Shown: positions 23,620 through 36,800, counted from the stretch's first letter. The stretch: DNA of 64,000 nucleotides from Curvularia clavata (GCA_023920165.1 CP089276.1:1860001-1924000); one strand, 5' to 3'. The notes: generated by a model from the sequence alone, not told the origin. Program-made: numbers and translations.

Positions 23620-25554
23620 ATGGCGCTTCGACACCGCCTCCGCTCCCTAAACCACAAAATCCGTCTCAGTGGCGACGAGCACAAGCACGAGCAGACTGAT
23701 GCATGGAGCAACCGCGACTTGATTCCTCTGCCGCCTGAGCGGAGAACCTGGGGGTGGTTTAACTATTATGGCTTCTGGGCCATTGCATCGCTCAATTTGG
23801 CGAATTGGCAGACGCCCAGCACGTTTCTAGGTATGATCCCTTCCCCCTATTTCTTTTTTATGGAATTGAACAACTCACTAACGTCGAGTGCGAGGTTTCG
23901 CACAAAACAGCCATGGGTCTTTCCGTTCCACAAGCCATGCTCGTCATAGTTGTTAGCCGGATCCTGATCGCTGCTTTCTCGACGCTGATTGCCTGGATCG
24001 GACTAAAGTGGCATATTGGGTTTACGGTGCAAAATAGGTATAGTTGGGGTATGCGCGGGAGCTTCATTCCGCTGCTGCAGAGGATCTTGCTGAATTTTAT
24101 TTGGAATGCCGTGCAATGTAAGTTTTGAACGTTATCCTACCCACTACAGGGGTGAGGAGATTGGAAGAGAAGGGGTTTTCGAAGATAAGTATTAATGAGA
24201 CATGGTAGGTTGGAATGGTGGCCGTCTTGTCGCCGTCTGTCTAACAGCCATCTGGCCGTCCTACGCACGCATCCCGAATACCTTCAGCCCGAACTTCCCC
24301 GCCACGACCGAGCAATTCGTCGGCTTCGTCATCTTCTGGTTTCTATCGACCCCGTTCCTCTGGCTGCGACCGGAAAAGTTCAAAATTCCCTTCCTTATTA
24401 TCTGCGTATGGTGCGGAGTGGGTATGATTTCGTGGATGATCTGGGCGGTTGTGACGGCAAAAGGCGTGGGTCCGTTGTGGTACTCTGGTCAGAATGTTCC
24501 ATCGACTTCAGAATGGAACACCTCGTGGCTCATCATGGCGGGGATCAACCAGAGCGTTGGTGGTCTAGCAGCAGGTATTACCAACGGAAGTGACTTTTCG
24601 CGGTATGCCAAAGCCAGACGGTCTTACGTCTGCGGCACGATTACCAGCTGTGTCATAACTGGTGTGTTGGTCTCCCTCATTGGCCTCGTTACTGCGGCGT
24701 CCGGGCAAAAATTGTACGGCGAGGTGTACTGGAATCCTCCTGATCTGTTGTTACGCATCATGGACAATGGCAACGGGTCTTCGAGGTCACGCGCCGGCGT
24801 TTTCTTCCTTGCAGCCGGCTTCGCCTTTACGGCCATGTTTGAGAACATCTGTGGAAACTCCATCGCTGGCGGCATTGACCTCGCAGGCCTGTTTCCTCGC
24901 TATATTGATATTCGGCGCGGCGCAATCATTACCTTTTTGGCCGCGTGGGTTGTTCAGCCATGGCAGCTTATCAATCGCGCTACCACGTTTGTTGCTGTGC
25001 TGTCGTCTTTTTCGGTCTTTTTGGCTCCCATCATGGGAATCATGGCGTGCGACTACTATGTCTTGCGTAAGCGAAAGGTTCGCCTGACGCACTTGTACCG
25101 AACTGAGCATTCGTCGTACTATTTCTTCAAAGGCTTCAATTGGCGTGCCATACCGTCGTGGCTCTGCGGATGGATTCCTACAATAGGAGGGCTAGTTGTG
25201 ACAGTGAGGGGAGACGCGGAGCCATCACGGACCTTGCTAGAGCTCTACTACATGGCGTTCTTGATTGGTGAGTAACTTGTTCTCATATATAAGCAAAAGT
25301 CGGTTGACAGTGTTCTAGGCTTCTTCATTAGCGCGACCCTCTTCTATTTGCTCAACTTGTTCTTTCCCGTCGCCGACATGGACCAGATGGATCCCGTTGA
25401 TGTATACGGAACTTTTACTGAAGCTGAAGCAAGAAGGGTCGGTGTTACACCCTTGGCCGATAACACAATAGTTGGAGAAGTGCCAGTGAGGAGATCCACA
25501 GGAGAGCATGTCATTCTCAAAGAAAAGGACGTAGAAGCAGGCATGGTGATCTGA
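23620..25554 (+). CDS. NCS1 nucleobase:cation symporter (Fur/uracil-allantoin permease-like)
   Basis: WSNRDLIP, IGFTVQNRYSWG, NGSDFSRYA, YWNPPDL, QPW, FLAP..GIM..DYY, GFNWRA. Introns 23831-23910, 24118-24208, 25268-25318. Confidence 0.92.
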
Positions 25555-26438
25555 TTGGTGAACTCGCAACAAACACCAATTTTAGAAACAATAGACATGG
25601 AGTTGCGGCTCTACAACGACAAACGTTTTGTCGGCAGTTCTAGATTACTTTACCATTGAAGCTCCATTGCTCTGATCGTCATAGTTCTTACGGTTATACC
25701 ACCCTTTCGTAAGTCTGGGGGTTTTTTTTTATCGAACCCGTGCTCTCCAGGTTAAGTACAGTCTGAAGTGAGGTGAAAACAAGAGGGTGAACAAGGGACC
25801 AAAATGTGTACGTTACGTCGGCTATCAGGAGAGGAGGATTACGTGTCAGTGGTTTCCATTGAGGTGCCGTTGCGTCCGGAGCAGTTTCCGAAGAGTAATT
25901 ATCAGGAGAGCTTCGTGTCGGCCGACCTTCAATCTCTCACGCATTGACACGGGAGCATCTCTTCATCCATCGCTCACGTGCCCACAAATATGTACAGAGA
26001 TAGCAAAAAACCAAAAAAGTGATTTGATCAAGCGCAGAGTCGCGCAATAGATGGTTGATGGTTTCCCAAAGACTTGGGCAAGCAACGACTTGTCGAGCAA
26101 AAATGAAAAACCACGGTAATGATCGAAGTTGACTAGAGACTTGCCGAGCCAAGTCCCGTCTGCAATCGGTCCGGTTAGGCACTCTGTTAAGACATCAGCC
26201 TCATCAATAACATCACAAGAGCGCAAAACGTCGAGAGATGTTGCGATACCTAGTGGATATAGCTTGGTCTTGCTACGTCATCAATTCCGGTAGTGTCCGA
26301 ACGAATGGACAACCAAGTTTCGGCGCCTGTTTTGGTATTTAAGAGAACCTCACATCCATGTTGTGTGTAAGTATATTGTAACAACATCATCCTTCTCTTA
26401 AAAAAACATCGGCGATCCTGCTTCCTAGGAAAACAATC

Positions 26439-26981
26439 ATGACGCTAGGCGAGAATCTCCCCCAAATCGTCACCAACACACCTCTACATCCTACATTTGA
26501 CAAGGATATCCTTGATACGCACCTTGTTTACGACTACGACGCGGAGGACAGCAACGGAAACCCGGAGAAATGGCGCTATGAACTTTGGTGTTTCTCTTCG
26601 AACCGTGTTGTGTACGCTATCCACGGGGGGCCCATGGCAGGTCGGATCAACTACCAGCAAGCCAGCTACCAATGCATACGTCCTGGGGAGCTCTGGCAAA
26701 TCAACTGGCTTGAGGAAACGGGCACTGTCGTATCTGCCGTGTATGACATCAAGGAAAAGAAGATGACGACTCTAATTGCGTTTTCAGAGGGCCACTGGAA
26801 GCGATCCAAGGAGGCACTGGGTGACAAGAGAAAAAAGGAAGACTTGGAGAGATGGAGGCGATTGGCGAGCGTGGGTAACCAGACATCGAGGCTCTTGTTG
26901 TGTGAACAGGGGCAGATTGTGGAGACGTTCAAGGGAAAGGGAGAGCTGGTCCCGATCAAGGAGAGCGATCCTGTGTATTGA
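26439..26981 (+). CDS. Cofactor-free phenolic acid decarboxylase-like protein (PadC family, lipocalin-like fold)
   Basis: Aligns by eye to PadC: HLVYDY (YxY), W-YE, Y-IHGGPMAGR (Arg), W-E-TGT-VS (Glu). Intronless, 180 aa. Confidence 0.8.
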   Translation: MTLGENLPQIVTNTPLHPTFDKDILDTHLVYDYDAEDSNGNPEKWRYELWCFSSNRVVYAIHGGPMAGRINYQQASYQCIRPGELWQINWLEETGTVVSAVYDIKEKKMTTLIAFSEGHWKRSKEALGDKRKKEDLERWRRLASVGNQTSRLLLCEQGQIVETFKGKGELVPIKESDPVY

Positions 26982-28948
26982 GGAGCGTAGCTGCTGTGGT
27001 ACGCTACGGGTCAGCGATGGCTTCTGCCCACAGCGAATATCTTGCTAGGTAGTCATAGCCAGTGGATAGAGCGCATGATAAGGACTGGATTCGGGTGGCC
27101 AGAGTCGATCGAGCATGAAGGTGCATTTGTGGACAATTGTCGTGTCGCGATCAAAGTATTGGTGTGCGGTTAGGAGTCAGGTATGCTGCACTGCATGTTG
27201 ATAAAACAACCTTGTATCATGGTTTGTAGCACAGACAAGGTACCACGATGCAAATAGAAGCAGTGAATCCTGCCGCAAGTTCGGCGACCAGTTCGGCGAT
27301 CCTACGCACGCCCTGGGCTGCGTGCACCCTGCGTGATTTTGGCTGTTTTTGGCAATTGGCGTGGGCATTTGACCTTTGCCTTTACGCCTCCTCTAATGTC
27401 TTTGACTGTGGTGTCGGCCATTGAGGAGAGGCTGTCGCAGGCAGCCCAGGTTGGCCACGGCCCTCTTTCTTTGTCAGTCCAGGACAGGTGTGTTACCATG
27501 ACAGCATCAAAGGTGTGGTGGGCACGTTTCGTGGCATTGTTTGGCGTGGGTGCGACATGGAGTCAGCCACAGTTGCATTGAGCCTAAAATCAGGCCTGAA
27601 TCCGGTGGTGTGGTCAAGCCCACGTACCGACTGCATGGCTCTGCTCGCCGTCTACAATGTAAATGCTGGGAAGCGCCAAGTAAACGCTGAGTATCCGACT
27701 CTTGTACACAGGCAGGCGGTACAAGGCCGCTCAGCCAGCAGCCTCGAGAGGGCTCTTCGGGCACGGAAGGTATTTGGCGCGGCAAACTCGCTGGTGAGGG
27801 CTTGCAGCGAATAGGGAATGAGCAGAGCAAGCAGTTAGGCGGCCTGTATTGTACAAACCCGTGAGCCCGTCACCCAGTCGGACCCCATGCTGTCGATCCG
27901 CCCCACGGAAGCGGTGATTCCGGTAGTTGGCAGCGTGGGCACGGTGAGAATGAACTGTCAGAGGGGTCTTGGGTCTTATCTTGGGCGCGGACCAGGACAG
28001 CGAGCCGAGCGCAACGGCCCAGCCGAACAGGCCATGTGGGGTGGTGGCAGGTAAGCCGTCAGCTCGTCGGGTGCAGTGCTGTATTATGTAGCGACTTGGG
28101 TATGCTCAGCATGGCTCCTCACCGCAAGGACGCATGGCCTGCAGTGCGGTGCAATGTCGTGTCAAGTGGGCGCTGTGTTCTGGATGCCCCCGTGCAGCGC
28201 CAGTGGGTGAAGGGCAACGTGTTCGGAGTCCGATGGCTGCTTGGGGCGTGGTGTTGTGCTGTCGCTGGGCGGCCGGTGAGAGTGGCCGAGACAGAATGGG
28301 GCAGGCACGACAGGCAGGGCAGGCCAGGGCAGGCAAGGGCGAGGCAGCGCAAGGCAACAGCCGCACGCGCATGACATGTCGGGACGCAAATGGGGCCAGG
28401 CCAATTCCGCTCCATTGCCAATTTCCACCCTCTGGCACACGGCTTTCCTTTTTCCGTCTGCTGTTGAGTTGAGAGCCCTCTCCACACGACGCCCTCGCCG
28501 ATGTCGCGATAATGCCACAATGCCGCCATCCGCGAGCACGGCACGCTCTCGGAACAGCAGCAGGCACGTGAGCACGAACCCACCCCGCAGCCAGTCTGGC
28601 GCGCCAGTCTGGGCGCTCCCGTTACATTGGCACTCAATCTCGCACTACCCGATCCGGCTAGCCCCATGCGCCGCCCAACCCATGCCACCGCAATTTGGCC
28701 CCAGAAAGCTCCCGTGCCACAGCACAAAAGGTCGGTATGACAAGGGCCCGGCGGACGCGACGAGGATCCTGCGCAAACGCTATTCGCATACCTTCCCGGA
28801 TACCGCTCCATCAGCTGCTTGCCAGCCTGGTCCCTTGCCATGGTTATCCTCTTCAGTCCGCCGTCCCTCAGGCCCTGCATGTCCTCTACTACTGCCCTTC
28901 GGTCCCCCACTGTCCCCCATCTTGACCCTTGACCTTTTCTTTCTTCAA

Positions 28949-29004
28949 CTTGCTTGCTTGCTTGCTTGACTACTTACTGACCTGCCTGCCTGCCTGCCTG
29001 CCTG
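28949..29004. repeat. Compound microsatellite (TTGC)n/(CCTG)n just upstream of the start codon at 29031
   Basis: cttgcttgcttgcttgcttg ... cctgcctgcctgcctgcctgcctg. Confidence 0.8.
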
Positions 29005-29030
29005 TTGCGACCACACACCAACAACCCACA

Positions 29031-30202
29031 ATGGGTCGGCCAGTCTTCACTTCGCAGGAGAACCTCGAGCTGCTGAGGAGCTCCGCCTTTGAATCTGAAC
29101 ATGCCTGGCTATACGACACCTCGTACCTACAACATGGAGCCGCTGCCTTGGCGCTGGAACACGAAATAGAGCAGACCTACACAAGCATCTCGCCCGATGA
29201 CATCTCAGACGAACAAGTACGAATCATCAAAACACAAATCACCATCCACAGAGAGCGCCAGCGGGCATTACGGCCGCATCTCGAAAGCGGGAGCGACCAG
29301 CTCGACGAGGAGGGCAACGAGTGCGTCTTCGTGCCTGCACCCAACCAATGGGGCGCCAACGGTGACCTGGACGAGGAGAGTGAGACGTTGTCTGCAGTAT
29401 GTTGCCGCTGTTCCCAAGTATATTTGGTCTAGTTGTGACTGACACGGCCCAGATCCACAACCTCCTCACATGGCAGACATCGTACTCGCCCGCGTCACAT
29501 GTACTAGATGAACTCCCCTCCTCAGACATCCCCTACCATGCACTTCTCGACCCATCTCAGCCAACAACGACATTCCATCTGCATCGTACACGGGAATGGA
29601 AAGGATCCTCAGGCTTCAGAAAGTACATCTATAGCGCCCGCGACCACTCGGACAAGTACATGTTGTACATGCTCGAGGCCATGCACCGTGACGATAGTCA
29701 AGTCAATGCCGCGGATTTCTTCCGCGTTGCCGAGTTTCCGCAACCATGCATCTCCGTTCTTCTTTCCGCCATTGACAAGAAGCGCATCTCAACCGATTCA
29801 TCCAAAGACGCCGCCTACAAGTCACGGTGCATTCACCTGCGCGGCCCATTTTCACAGCCAATCAAGGAATACCCAGACAGGCAGCAAAAGATCCCTTGGT
29901 CTCCGCGACGATTTACCTATGGTGGACGGCGATTTGTGTGGAAACAGGGCGACCCCAATGATGATGCTATGCCAGAGACGTTGTACGAGTACCAGCGGGA
30001 TTGGGCCAAACCAGGCAGTAGGACGGGCAAGCGCTGCGACGACGCAACGCCAGTCAAGCTAGTCTGGGGCGAAAAGCGGAGAAAAGGAAAGGTTGACAGC
30101 TACATCATTCACTTCCGAGGCGGCATGGACCAAGTCTTCAGGGAGCTTCTACTCGCCAGCCAGATGGCCCGGCAGGTGTGTCTGTTCACGGCTATGGGCT
30201 GA
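29031..30202 (+). CDS. Hypothetical protein
   Basis: ATG in a CACA context, intron 29397-29452 (GTATGT..CTGAC..CAG) joining two ORFs, coding-like composition. PRRFTYGGRRFVWK segment. No family assigned. Confidence 0.75.
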
Positions 30203-31258
30203 GTTGACCTCAGCACTCAAAAGGGAAAGGGAGAATTTGTTGAATCATGACACTGGTTTGTCTTAGCGATAGGCGTTTGCAGGACCGTGAGGCACGGTAA
30301 AGATACCACTACTTGGCACTGGGACACTCGGGACTTGAACACTCCGTTCAACACAATAAACAAAACTATGTATTCTACTGTATATCCGAAAGTCTTTTTC
30401 CCAATGCCTCTGCCCCACGTGACTCGCAACATGGCGGATGTTCAAGCACCGTTGTTGGTCGGTAAAATCCGTCTTACTCATCCCAATCTCTCCGCTGAAG
30501 CCAGTAGACGGGGTTTCCGCTGCGGCGCTCGAGGTAAGCTATATGATTTGCGGCACTGTAAATTGTGTGGCAGCCTTGCTGACGTGCAGGCAAAGGGGTG
30601 TCGGGCGCGATTGGGGTGTGATTGGGCAGCCCTGAGAAACAGCGCATAACAACCGTGGAGATGCGCGATCAGCGATAAGCTCTGCATGAAGCAGTGAGCG
30701 GCTCGAGGGTGGCTGCGGTTAGTGCCCTCGTCGGAACATGCGACCCGTCGGTTCCACTGTTATGACGCTCTCGCGGAGGATTAGGGCTGAGCGAGTACAT
30801 GCTGGTGAGCTGATGATGATGAGCGTCTATGGTAAATTGCCCTTTGTTCTAGCCGAGTCCATCTTACCTGCGTGCGAAAGAATCTAGGGCACAGACGAGC
30901 ATCACTATGACTTCATTGCTGTGGTCTTCGTACAACAACATCAATCACATCGCCTGTGCTATGCCAACACACACACAATCCGCCCCCTCGGATCCAACGG
31001 ACCTCTGCTGCTTGGACGATTACTTTCCCTACTGGTACTCACGAACCCTCAGCGACTAAAGTCTTACCTACATCTCTAGCCGACGCCCACCGCTCGCCAA
31101 ACAGCCCCGACAAACAGTTAGCCCACGCCCCCCGACGGACCAACCGTCCCGCACACGCGCCACATTAGTCTTCGTGGGCCCATTCACCTCTCTGCTGCAA
31201 ACTTGTCCCGAGACATGTGCCGCTTACCGAAAGAACTCTAAGCACCACCACCACCACC

Positions 31259-31717
31259 ATGTCCTGTGATCGCAGCACCTCTCTCCGCTCAACCACGCAC
31301 GCCTTCTGCCAGGCCCTTCTCTCGCCCCCTCCCCCGTCCACCCTCCTATCCCAGCACTTTTCCTCCTCCCCCCAGATCACCGAGCACGGCCCCTCGTGGT
31401 CACGCTCGCGCCTCCCTTTCCTCGCCAAAACCTTTGCTGGAAAAGACGAGTGCGAGGAGTACTTCAAGCTCATGACCTCCGTGCTGGATATGTCATTGCC
31501 TGAAAATGCGTTTCCTGGAAAGGAAGGGTTTATTGTGGACGCAGAGGCCGGGATGGTGAGTGTAGTGGGCAAGGGCAGGTTTACGAGTAAGAAGACGGGG
31601 AAGGGATGGGATGAGACATTTATATATAGGTTTAGTGGGTTTGATGGGGAGGGAAAGATTGGGCATTGGGAGATTTGGGCGGATCCGTTGAGTGCGTGGG
31701 AGGCGGTGGGAGAGTAA
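31259..31717 (+). CDS. SnoaL/NTF2-like fold protein
   Basis: 152 aa with FAGKDECEEYF, GKGRFTSKKTGKGWDETFIYRF, DGEGKI..WEIWADP, a pattern typical of SnoaL-like proteins. Confidence 0.7.
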   Translation: MSCDRSTSLRSTTHAFCQALLSPPPPSTLLSQHFSSSPQITEHGPSWSRSRLPFLAKTFAGKDECEEYFKLMTSVLDMSLPENAFPGKEGFIVDAEAGMVSVVGKGRFTSKKTGKGWDETFIYRFSGFDGEGKIGHWEIWADPLSAWEAVGE

Positions 31718-32541
31718 ATGTAGGTAGGGGAGACTGGGGACTGGGGACTGGGACTATGGGACGGTATGAATGTAACAACTGTTCTATGAAGGAGACTGAA
31801 GTCTCATTGAATTCAAACTAGGTTTTCGTCTGTCTACTACATTGCATCCGAACTTGATACATCCTGGTCGATTCAATGCCGTTAGCGCCTCGCTTCGCCC
31901 ATGTGGGCCTCCAAGTCGGCATCTTTTTCGCCTTGTCGCCGACCCTCTTTGACTTTTCTTCCATCCTCGCTCTGAACTTGCTTCTGCACTTTGCGCGACA
32001 AGCACGACATGTGTCCCACACTTTGTCGCACGCCTCCATAGCGCCTCTGTTACACCCAGAGTCCTCGACAATGTTACACTAAGCGTGCCTTGCTAACTCG
32101 CAGCCTGGCCTCCAAAACACGCATCAAGGTACGTTCCAGATATTTTTCTTCCCACGCCATCACTGCGCCTTGCGCATATGCAACAGCTCAAAAGATGAGA
32201 GTTACATCGACCATATATATATTTTAGGAAGAGCCGGAAAAGGTATGGCTAGCATCGACATATGCTACGCTGTCGCTGCTTATAACTTGGTCTCTGAAGA
32301 GCTTCGTCGTTTTTACACGGATTGGACATACTTGGTATGGGACTTGTGCTAACAGTTTGAAAGATAGGTCTGGATTGTGATGTCTGCACTGCAGTTCAAC
32401 TCGACGATTGCGCGAGCGTTGATGTACGCGTCGCGGTTGATATGCTGGCAAAGGAGGACGAGTCCGGATGGATAGCTAAACACGGGTGAAAGCATGTGCT
32501 TCGTGGAGAAAGGGTAGTTTTTGTGTGCAAAAGCTACGAGG

Positions 32542-33375
32542 CTATCCTTGCAGAAGGCTGGCTAGATTGTCGCAGCTGAGTAGTGCTGCAGCATCTTGCT
32601 CAAGTGTCGATACATACGGCACCGTTTTTTCGTAGTAGCTCATGTCTACTGACGTGGCCCCGAGGGACTTGGAGATGTGATTGTCATGCCCAAATATCTG
32701 GGAGACGACTTGAGCTGGCTCATATCCTTCGCTCCAGGGCTGGAAAAGACCATCCATGCCAAGTTCGAGATTTGCGTCCGTTGTCAGTGACTGGTCTTGG
32801 AGAATAGCCAATCCGTCTGTGTTGAGGAGATGAACATTCGAATCAGACCCAAAGTCGATCAGGTCATTGAAATTCAAGTCATCCCAGCTCCGCGAATGGG
32901 TGCTTGTCTCTGTAGCCGTCGTCGACACGGAAGCTGTCGCAGCTCTCCTATTCTCCATAGCCCTCTTCGTAGCATACTCCTTCGGCGTCAAGCCCGTCTT
33001 ATCCTTGAATATCTTATGAAAGTACCTCGGCGTGAGCCCAACTTTCTTCGCCAAATTCTGTAGTCTCGACGCGCCAGCATCCTCGCTCTTCAGTGCCTCT
33101 TCAATCAGCCCGCATGCCTTCTTCACTGCATGCTCCTGCGGATCTTCAACCACCGTGCTGTTGGGCTTGCACCGCTTGCAGGCCCTGAACCCCGCAGCTT
33201 CGGCCTCACGCCACGTCGCGTAGAAGCCTACATTTGCTCTGCGCGCCAGGCGCCCTGGGCATGTCGGGCGGCAGTAGATATTGGTGGATTTGACGGAGTA
33301 GATGAAGTGGCCGTTGGCATTGGCATCGCGCACGGTGAGTGCTCGCCAACGGGCGGCGTCGGTGGTGTATGCCAT
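32542..33375 (-). CDS. Ada-type methylphosphotriester-DNA alkyltransferase/transcription factor (Ada Zn-binding domain + AraC HTH)
   Basis: RW-A---RD, YCRPTC and GFRACKRC (four Zn Cys), HTH LQNLAKKVGLTPRYFHKIFKDKTGLTPKEY, acidic C-terminal tail. Alternative ATG at 33396. Confidence 0.9.
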   Translation of the reverse strand: MAYTTDAARWRALTVRDANANGHFIYSVKSTNIYCRPTCPGRLARRANVGFYATWREAEAAGFRACKRCKPNSTVVEDPQEHAVKKACGLIEEALKSEDAGASRLQNLAKKVGLTPRYFHKIFKDKTGLTPKEYATKRAMENRRAATASVSTTATETSTHSRSWDDLNFNDLIDFGSDSNVHLLNTDGLAILQDQSLTTDANLELGMDGLFQPWSEGYEPAQVVSQIFGHDNHISKSLGATSVDMSYYEKTVPYVSTLEQDAAALLSCDNLASLLQG

Positions 33376-33819
33376 GGGGTGTTTGAGAGAAAACAAAAAC
33401 TACGTGATTATGATTGTTCTATAGGACAAATTACGTGTGCTTGGGTGTGCTTAGCAACGGCGGATGAGGCGCACTTCTTAAGAGTTGGTGGATTACTGTA
33501 AGGGCGTCTGGTGCTGTCTCTGATTGGTTACATTGAGAACATGTGTAGATGCGATGACGCATGCTGTAACTCCTCTACGCTCGTCGCAATATGTATATCA
33601 ATGGAGCGACTAGAAAAAATACCTACTAGTAAAACCCAAGTTGCACTATGTCAGGGGTAGAAGGTTCGCTCTTTCCAATGCGTGCGCGCGAATGCTGGAG
33701 GAACAGGCAAGCACGATGGAGGAAAGGACTCACACTCAACCTCACGTAGAACATTGCATCTGCATCTACTTCTTCAACCCATGTTTTAACCTCACATTAT
33801 CGCATACATCCTAGCCAAC

Positions 33820-36800
33820 ATGGCGGCTGGTTCCAACACAGTCCCTTTACCCGGCATTGCTGCACTCCCGCCCACAACAGCGAGGCAAATCGGGTCCGGC
33901 CAGGTCCTCGTCGACGCCAGTTCAGTCGTGAAAGAACTTATCGACAACGCGCTGGATGCCCGCGCGAAAAGCATCTTTGTGGATATCGCTGCCAACACAA
34001 TCGACACCATCCAAGTCAAAGACGACGGCCACGGTATACCGAATGAAGACCGGCCGCTCGTGTGTCGTCGTAACTGTACAAGCAAGATCCGAGATTTGCA
34101 TGACTTGAAAGACGTAGGGGGAAGATGGCTTGGTTTCCGCGGCGAGGCCTTGTCCAGCATGGCAGAGATGAGTGGCGCACTGATGGTGGCTACAAGAGTC
34201 GAAGGCGAGTCCGTCGCTGTGAGGTTAAAGTATAGCCGGGATGGAGAGCTTGCTTCGTAAGTGCTGCATGAGCAGCATAAGAATGCGGAGACATGGAAAG
34301 TGAACTAATGGAACACAGCACCGAACGCGATTCGCATCCTGTAGGCACGACAGTCAAGGTGACTGGCTTGTTCGAGTACATACCTGTTCGGAAACAAGCG
34401 GCGATCAGGAATGCAGCAAAGTGCCTAGCGAAGATCCGACGACTCATCCAAGCTTATGTTCTTGCTAGGCCAGGCATTAGGTTTCGGCTTCACGTTTTGA
34501 GAGCGAAGAATAATGCTGGCGATTTTGTATATGCTCCAAAGGCTGATGCTAGCGTAGGGGATGCTGTGCTAAAGATCTTCGGTAAGGAATGCTCTATGCA
34601 GTGCGGTTCGGCGGCTGTAGAAGCAGATGGCTATGAAATCCATGCCTTTTTACCAAAGCCAACAGCGATCGGGTCAAAGATCTCGAATCATGGCAGCTTT
34701 GTATCGGTCGACACCCGGCCCGTGTCAAGTCAGCGCGGGACTATCAAACAGCTTGTTCGAGCTTGCAAAGATCGACTTAGCCAGGTAAACGCTTCTCTGG
34801 CAGGTATCAGAGACCCCTTTCTCTGCATGGACATCAACTGCCCACCTGGTAGTTACGATGCCAACGTCGAGCCAGCAAAAGACGATATGTTGTTTGAGAA
34901 TAGCGATGCTGTTCTGAGGGCTTTGGATAAGCTGCTGAAGTCATATTATCCTGACACCATGGCCAATATCGACAATGACGAGTTATCATTGTCTCCTCAG
35001 AATCTCGAACTCGAAGCGGACAAAGCGCTTGCTCCAGACGAGAATAACATTTTGCCTCAAGGAGACGATACTAGTCATCAACATGAAGACATGGAATCGA
35101 GGCCGCAGGCAAGATGGAGAACCAGCATGTACGGCATAGATGAAGACGATCTGGAGTTCCTACAGGACGACCGGGCTCCTGTCATTGATGAAGAGGAGGA
35201 TCGTCGAGCCATTGAAATATCTAATCCATGGACAATCGCTCGAATGAATGCCGCCATCAAGCCCAGACAATCCACTACCAACAGACAACTGCCGAGTCCA
35301 GCGAAAAGCACCAAAGACGTCAACGGACATTTTAGCCCTTCGAAGGTTCCCGTCACACCAAACCGAATCATGTCAGCGGAGCCTTTGACGCCTCAAACAA
35401 CTTCGAAAACGAACATGATGAGATCGCCGCTGGATGATGAGCTTCAGCGTAGCATACAGCACCGTCCAAAGCCATCATCGGTAACGTTAAGTGTTGATGA
35501 CGGTCCGGAAGAGCACCGAAGAGATCCGCTTAGCGACAATCGAAGTTCAGATAGTCTGGAACCGGAGCCACCAGGTTCTGTCTTACGATCTAAAATCCGG
35601 GAACCAGACAACTGGAAATCATCATCGGCTCATGAGGGTACTATGGATTTGGAAATGGCTGCTCCAGTCGACCGAACTACCCATCCCCAGCAGCCAACCA
35701 GAACCCCGAAGCTATCGAAACCGCCTCTCCATCAGAAGGGAACCGCGAACCCCGAATTGTTGTATTCTCAGGCAGACACCCCGTTCGGATCGCGAAGGAA
35801 CTTGCAGGTCACAGCAGGTCAAACAGGGAATAACTTTCTTCACTCGAACAACAAGGATATCCGAGATTGTTTCAGGCGGAGCAGTGAGGTTCAAGCAACC
35901 AATCTTACGCAGGAACGGTCATTCACGCCAATCAATTGGCCAGCACAGTCAATTCCATCTAGAATGCCCAGTCTACTCGCCCCTGTTGATCGAAACCGTC
36001 ATCCGCAAGATGTACAAGACGCACTGTGTGCAGATTCAGCCAGACGTCCCAACATACGTGATTATTTGCAAACATACTCGGAGCGAGCAGGAGCAAGGTC
36101 TTTTTCGCCTACTGAAAGCCAGATATCGATGCAGTTCAATCAGCAGCCATTTACGACACGCCAATTCCCAATCTACAAAGGCAACTCTGCTACTTCACCT
36201 GCATTCCATGCACCCACTGCTAATACCAAACGCCTATCACTTGCGTCGCCGCAAAGCAATGCGACACCAGCCACACGCAAAAAATCCCGAGTCAATCTCC
36301 GCAGCAAAAGCGTCGACCAAATGAACGCCTATTTCCAATCCCACCTTGAAAATGCTCCTGCCCAGCCATCCCGCCGTCTCCCTCACACCGTCCCGTCTCT
36401 CGAGAAATCCCACCATACCATCACCACAGAAAATTTGGGCCTTACAAAACCAAATACACGGCTCAAACCACCCTCACACAACCTCACGCTCAAAACCCGT
36501 ACAAACATAACTGTACAAACTATCATCCGCCAGGCACTCACTCGCCACGACCGTCTCCCCAAGTGGGATTGCGTGGCTGAAGAAGCATATCACAGCTTTG
36601 GCGAGCACATTCCAGAGAAGAGAATCGCAGTGTGGGTTTGCAAGCTAGACAGTTTACTGTGTGAGTTATATGAGAGGGTAGGTGGGATGCGTGAGACGAG
36701 GGGTATGCTTGCAGAAGGGGTGAGGAGAGCTCTGGGGGAGAAAGGGCAAGGCGTTGATGCGGGACATGGGGGTGAAGAGGATCAAGAGTATGGTGGGCTC

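Noticed and set aside
28036..28969. Multiple overlapping 110-260 aa ORFs on both strands
   Set aside because: GC-rich upstream region with few stops. Translations are low-complexity and carry no motifs.
31818..32160. Short basic minus-strand ORF (MEACDKVWDTCRAC...)
   Set aside because: Could not assemble a consistent gene model or assign a family.
35491..36324. 277-aa alternative-frame ORF inside the MutL gene
   Set aside because: No ATG start and no recognisable domain; likely chance.
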